A stretch of DNA of 64,000 nt from Bugula neritina (lineage: Eukaryota; Animalia; Bryozoa): the NCBI GenBank assembly GCA_964035545.1, contig OZ037766.1:682001-746000 (forward strand). Reading direction: 5' to 3'. Position numbers and translations under genes: made by a program. Under the pieces are notes generated by a model that saw only the letters and a program-made list of their open reading frames with translations, did not search any database and had not been told where the DNA came from. This document shows positions 62,171-64,000 of this stretch, in pieces (the stretch's first letter is position 1; each line of letters starts with the position of its first letter).

Positions 62171-63174
62171 TTACTACACATTGGGCTTGGCATTATGATT
62201 ATCATTATGATTGTTATTCTGATTCTGATTATGAATAACTTTAAATGATTACATCTAGTTCTACAGTGAAACTTTAAAGGAATGTGATGAAATGAACATT
62301 TTGATTTAATTTTATTAGTATAATCAGCATCTTAATCTGAATCATAATTATTGCAATTTATCATTAATTGCTTATAATTCAAGTTTGAATTTTTATTATT
62401 TTTATAAATAATAATATATTTAAAAAATAGTACTAGGCTACTATCAGCATTAATATCGCTAATATTTTTAGTTATACTTATAGTAACAGTTTAGTAATGT
62501 TAATCACTTAATGCTAATAGTAATATAGTAATGATGCTACCAAGACTGAATGCATCTTAATAGTAATCATTAGTAATATTATTATTTGAATCTAAATTTT
62601 GTTTTGTTTTATTTTACTATAGCATTGGCTTTGCCGGCCAACGCAGCAGTGAGAGATGCCAAAATTAACTTTCTGTATACATATATGTGATTGAGTATAG
62701 CTATGAGTGTTAGTAAAACTGTATTCTATAGGCTACTATTTGTTCAAGTGTTCAGACTAACAAATTTATTTTTATGTGGCTTGTTATTAGCATGAGTATA
62801 AATATATAACTGTACTACTAATACTACTAATAGTAAAGTTAAAAATACCTTACCTCATAATTAAAAGTTATTAATATTAGCAGGAGACTAAGAAATTTAC
62901 AATAATTTATGTCTGTAAAGTAAATTTTTCATGCATTTATTTCCATTTTAGTAGAATCAAGGCAAAGTCTGTCTTAGATCTAATAACATACTGAGCAAGT
63001 CGTTTGTTTGAATATGTTATTATAGATATGCTTTGAGGAGATTAGGAACTAGGGCATTTCATCAGCTCTGATGAGAGTTTATAATTTGGCAATCTGTTTT
63101 TGAGATGTGTCAATATTATCAGGTTGACTCATGTGTCATCTTTTCTACACAGAACTTGAGTTTTGCTAATAAAG

Positions 63175-64000
63175 ATGGCCGAAAGACCAGAAGACCTGAA
63201 TCTACCCAATGCTGTTGTGACGAGAATCATGAAGGAGGCCCTTCCTACTGGCATTAATATCGGTAAAGACGCCCGCACAGCTATCAGCAAAGCTGCCAGC
63301 GTCTTTGTGCTCTACGCGACTTCCTGGTTAGTGTGCAGACGTCATATGATATGCAGACGTCATGTGATGTGCAGACGTCATGTGATGTGCAGACGTCATG
63401 TGATATGCAGACGTCATGTGATATGCAGACGTCATGTGATATGCAGACGTCATGTGATGTGCAGACGTCATGTGATATGCAGACGTCATGTGATCTGCGG
63501 ATGTCATGTGATATGCAGACGTCATGTGTCATTTCTTAATCTTGTCTTATTTTACATCCTTGTATGAGAAATGTTTCTGTGTATATCCACTCATCAAGCC
63601 GTCTAATACGACACGGTTATTAGCTGGGTGGGAGTTAGCCTCTAATTCTTGTCTTTCAGTGCGAATAACAACGCCTTGAAAGGGAAGAGAAAGACCATCA
63701 CAGCCAACGATGTCTACTCCGCGTTGTCTGAGATGGAATTTGAGGAGTTTATTGATCCGATAAAAGGGGAATTGGAGGGTGAGTAGTTAGTAGTTAGTAG
63801 TTAGTACTCAGTAGTTAGTAGTTAGTACTCAGTAGTTAGTGAGATACTCTTTATTAACAGTCCACAAGCAAGCCCAGGCTAGTAAAAAGAGTAAGAAAGC
63901 CGCCAAGTCTAAGTCAAAGGAAACTGTTGTCTCAGAGGAAGCGGATGCTGCAAATGATGTGAACGGGGTTGATCCAGGGGTGGATGAAGAACTAGTTGAG
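63175..64000 (+). CDS. POLE3: DNA polymerase epsilon subunit 3 (CHRAC17/Dpb4), runs off the window end
   Basis: [24 protein letters not shown]...[15 protein letters not shown]...RKTITANDV histone fold; exons 63175-63326, 63660-63778 and 63861 to beyond 64000. Confidence 0.96.
63333..63527. repeat. Minisatellite, 18-bp unit AT(G/A)TGCAGACGTCATGTG, ~11 copies, in POLE3 intron 1
   Basis: Starts a few bases after the donor. Confidence 0.92.

Overview
AT-rich, intron-rich animal (invertebrate-like) genomic DNA; nothing prokaryotic and no CRISPR. From left to right it contains: a decayed non-LTR retrotransposon fragment; a complete, very young Ty3/Gypsy (Mag-type) LTR retrotransposon with identical 188-bp LTRs and an ACCGT target-site duplication; two tandem paralogous genes for 131-aa secreted prohormone-like precursors that I cannot assign to a named family; a GLTP-domain (FAPP2/PLEKHA8-like) gene; TPGS1 (-); NCBP3 (+); DNAJC1 (-); an SLC13/INDY-type transporter (-) with a head-to-head, internally deleted inverted copy of itself (+); and the 5' part of POLE3 (+). 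Many introns are filled by minisatellites, and several of these are amplified exon/splice-donor junctions. The best candidates for new biology are the prohormone pair and the inverted SLC13 mini-gene. All gene models were spliced by eye and gene names come from recalled protein similarity, not from database searches.
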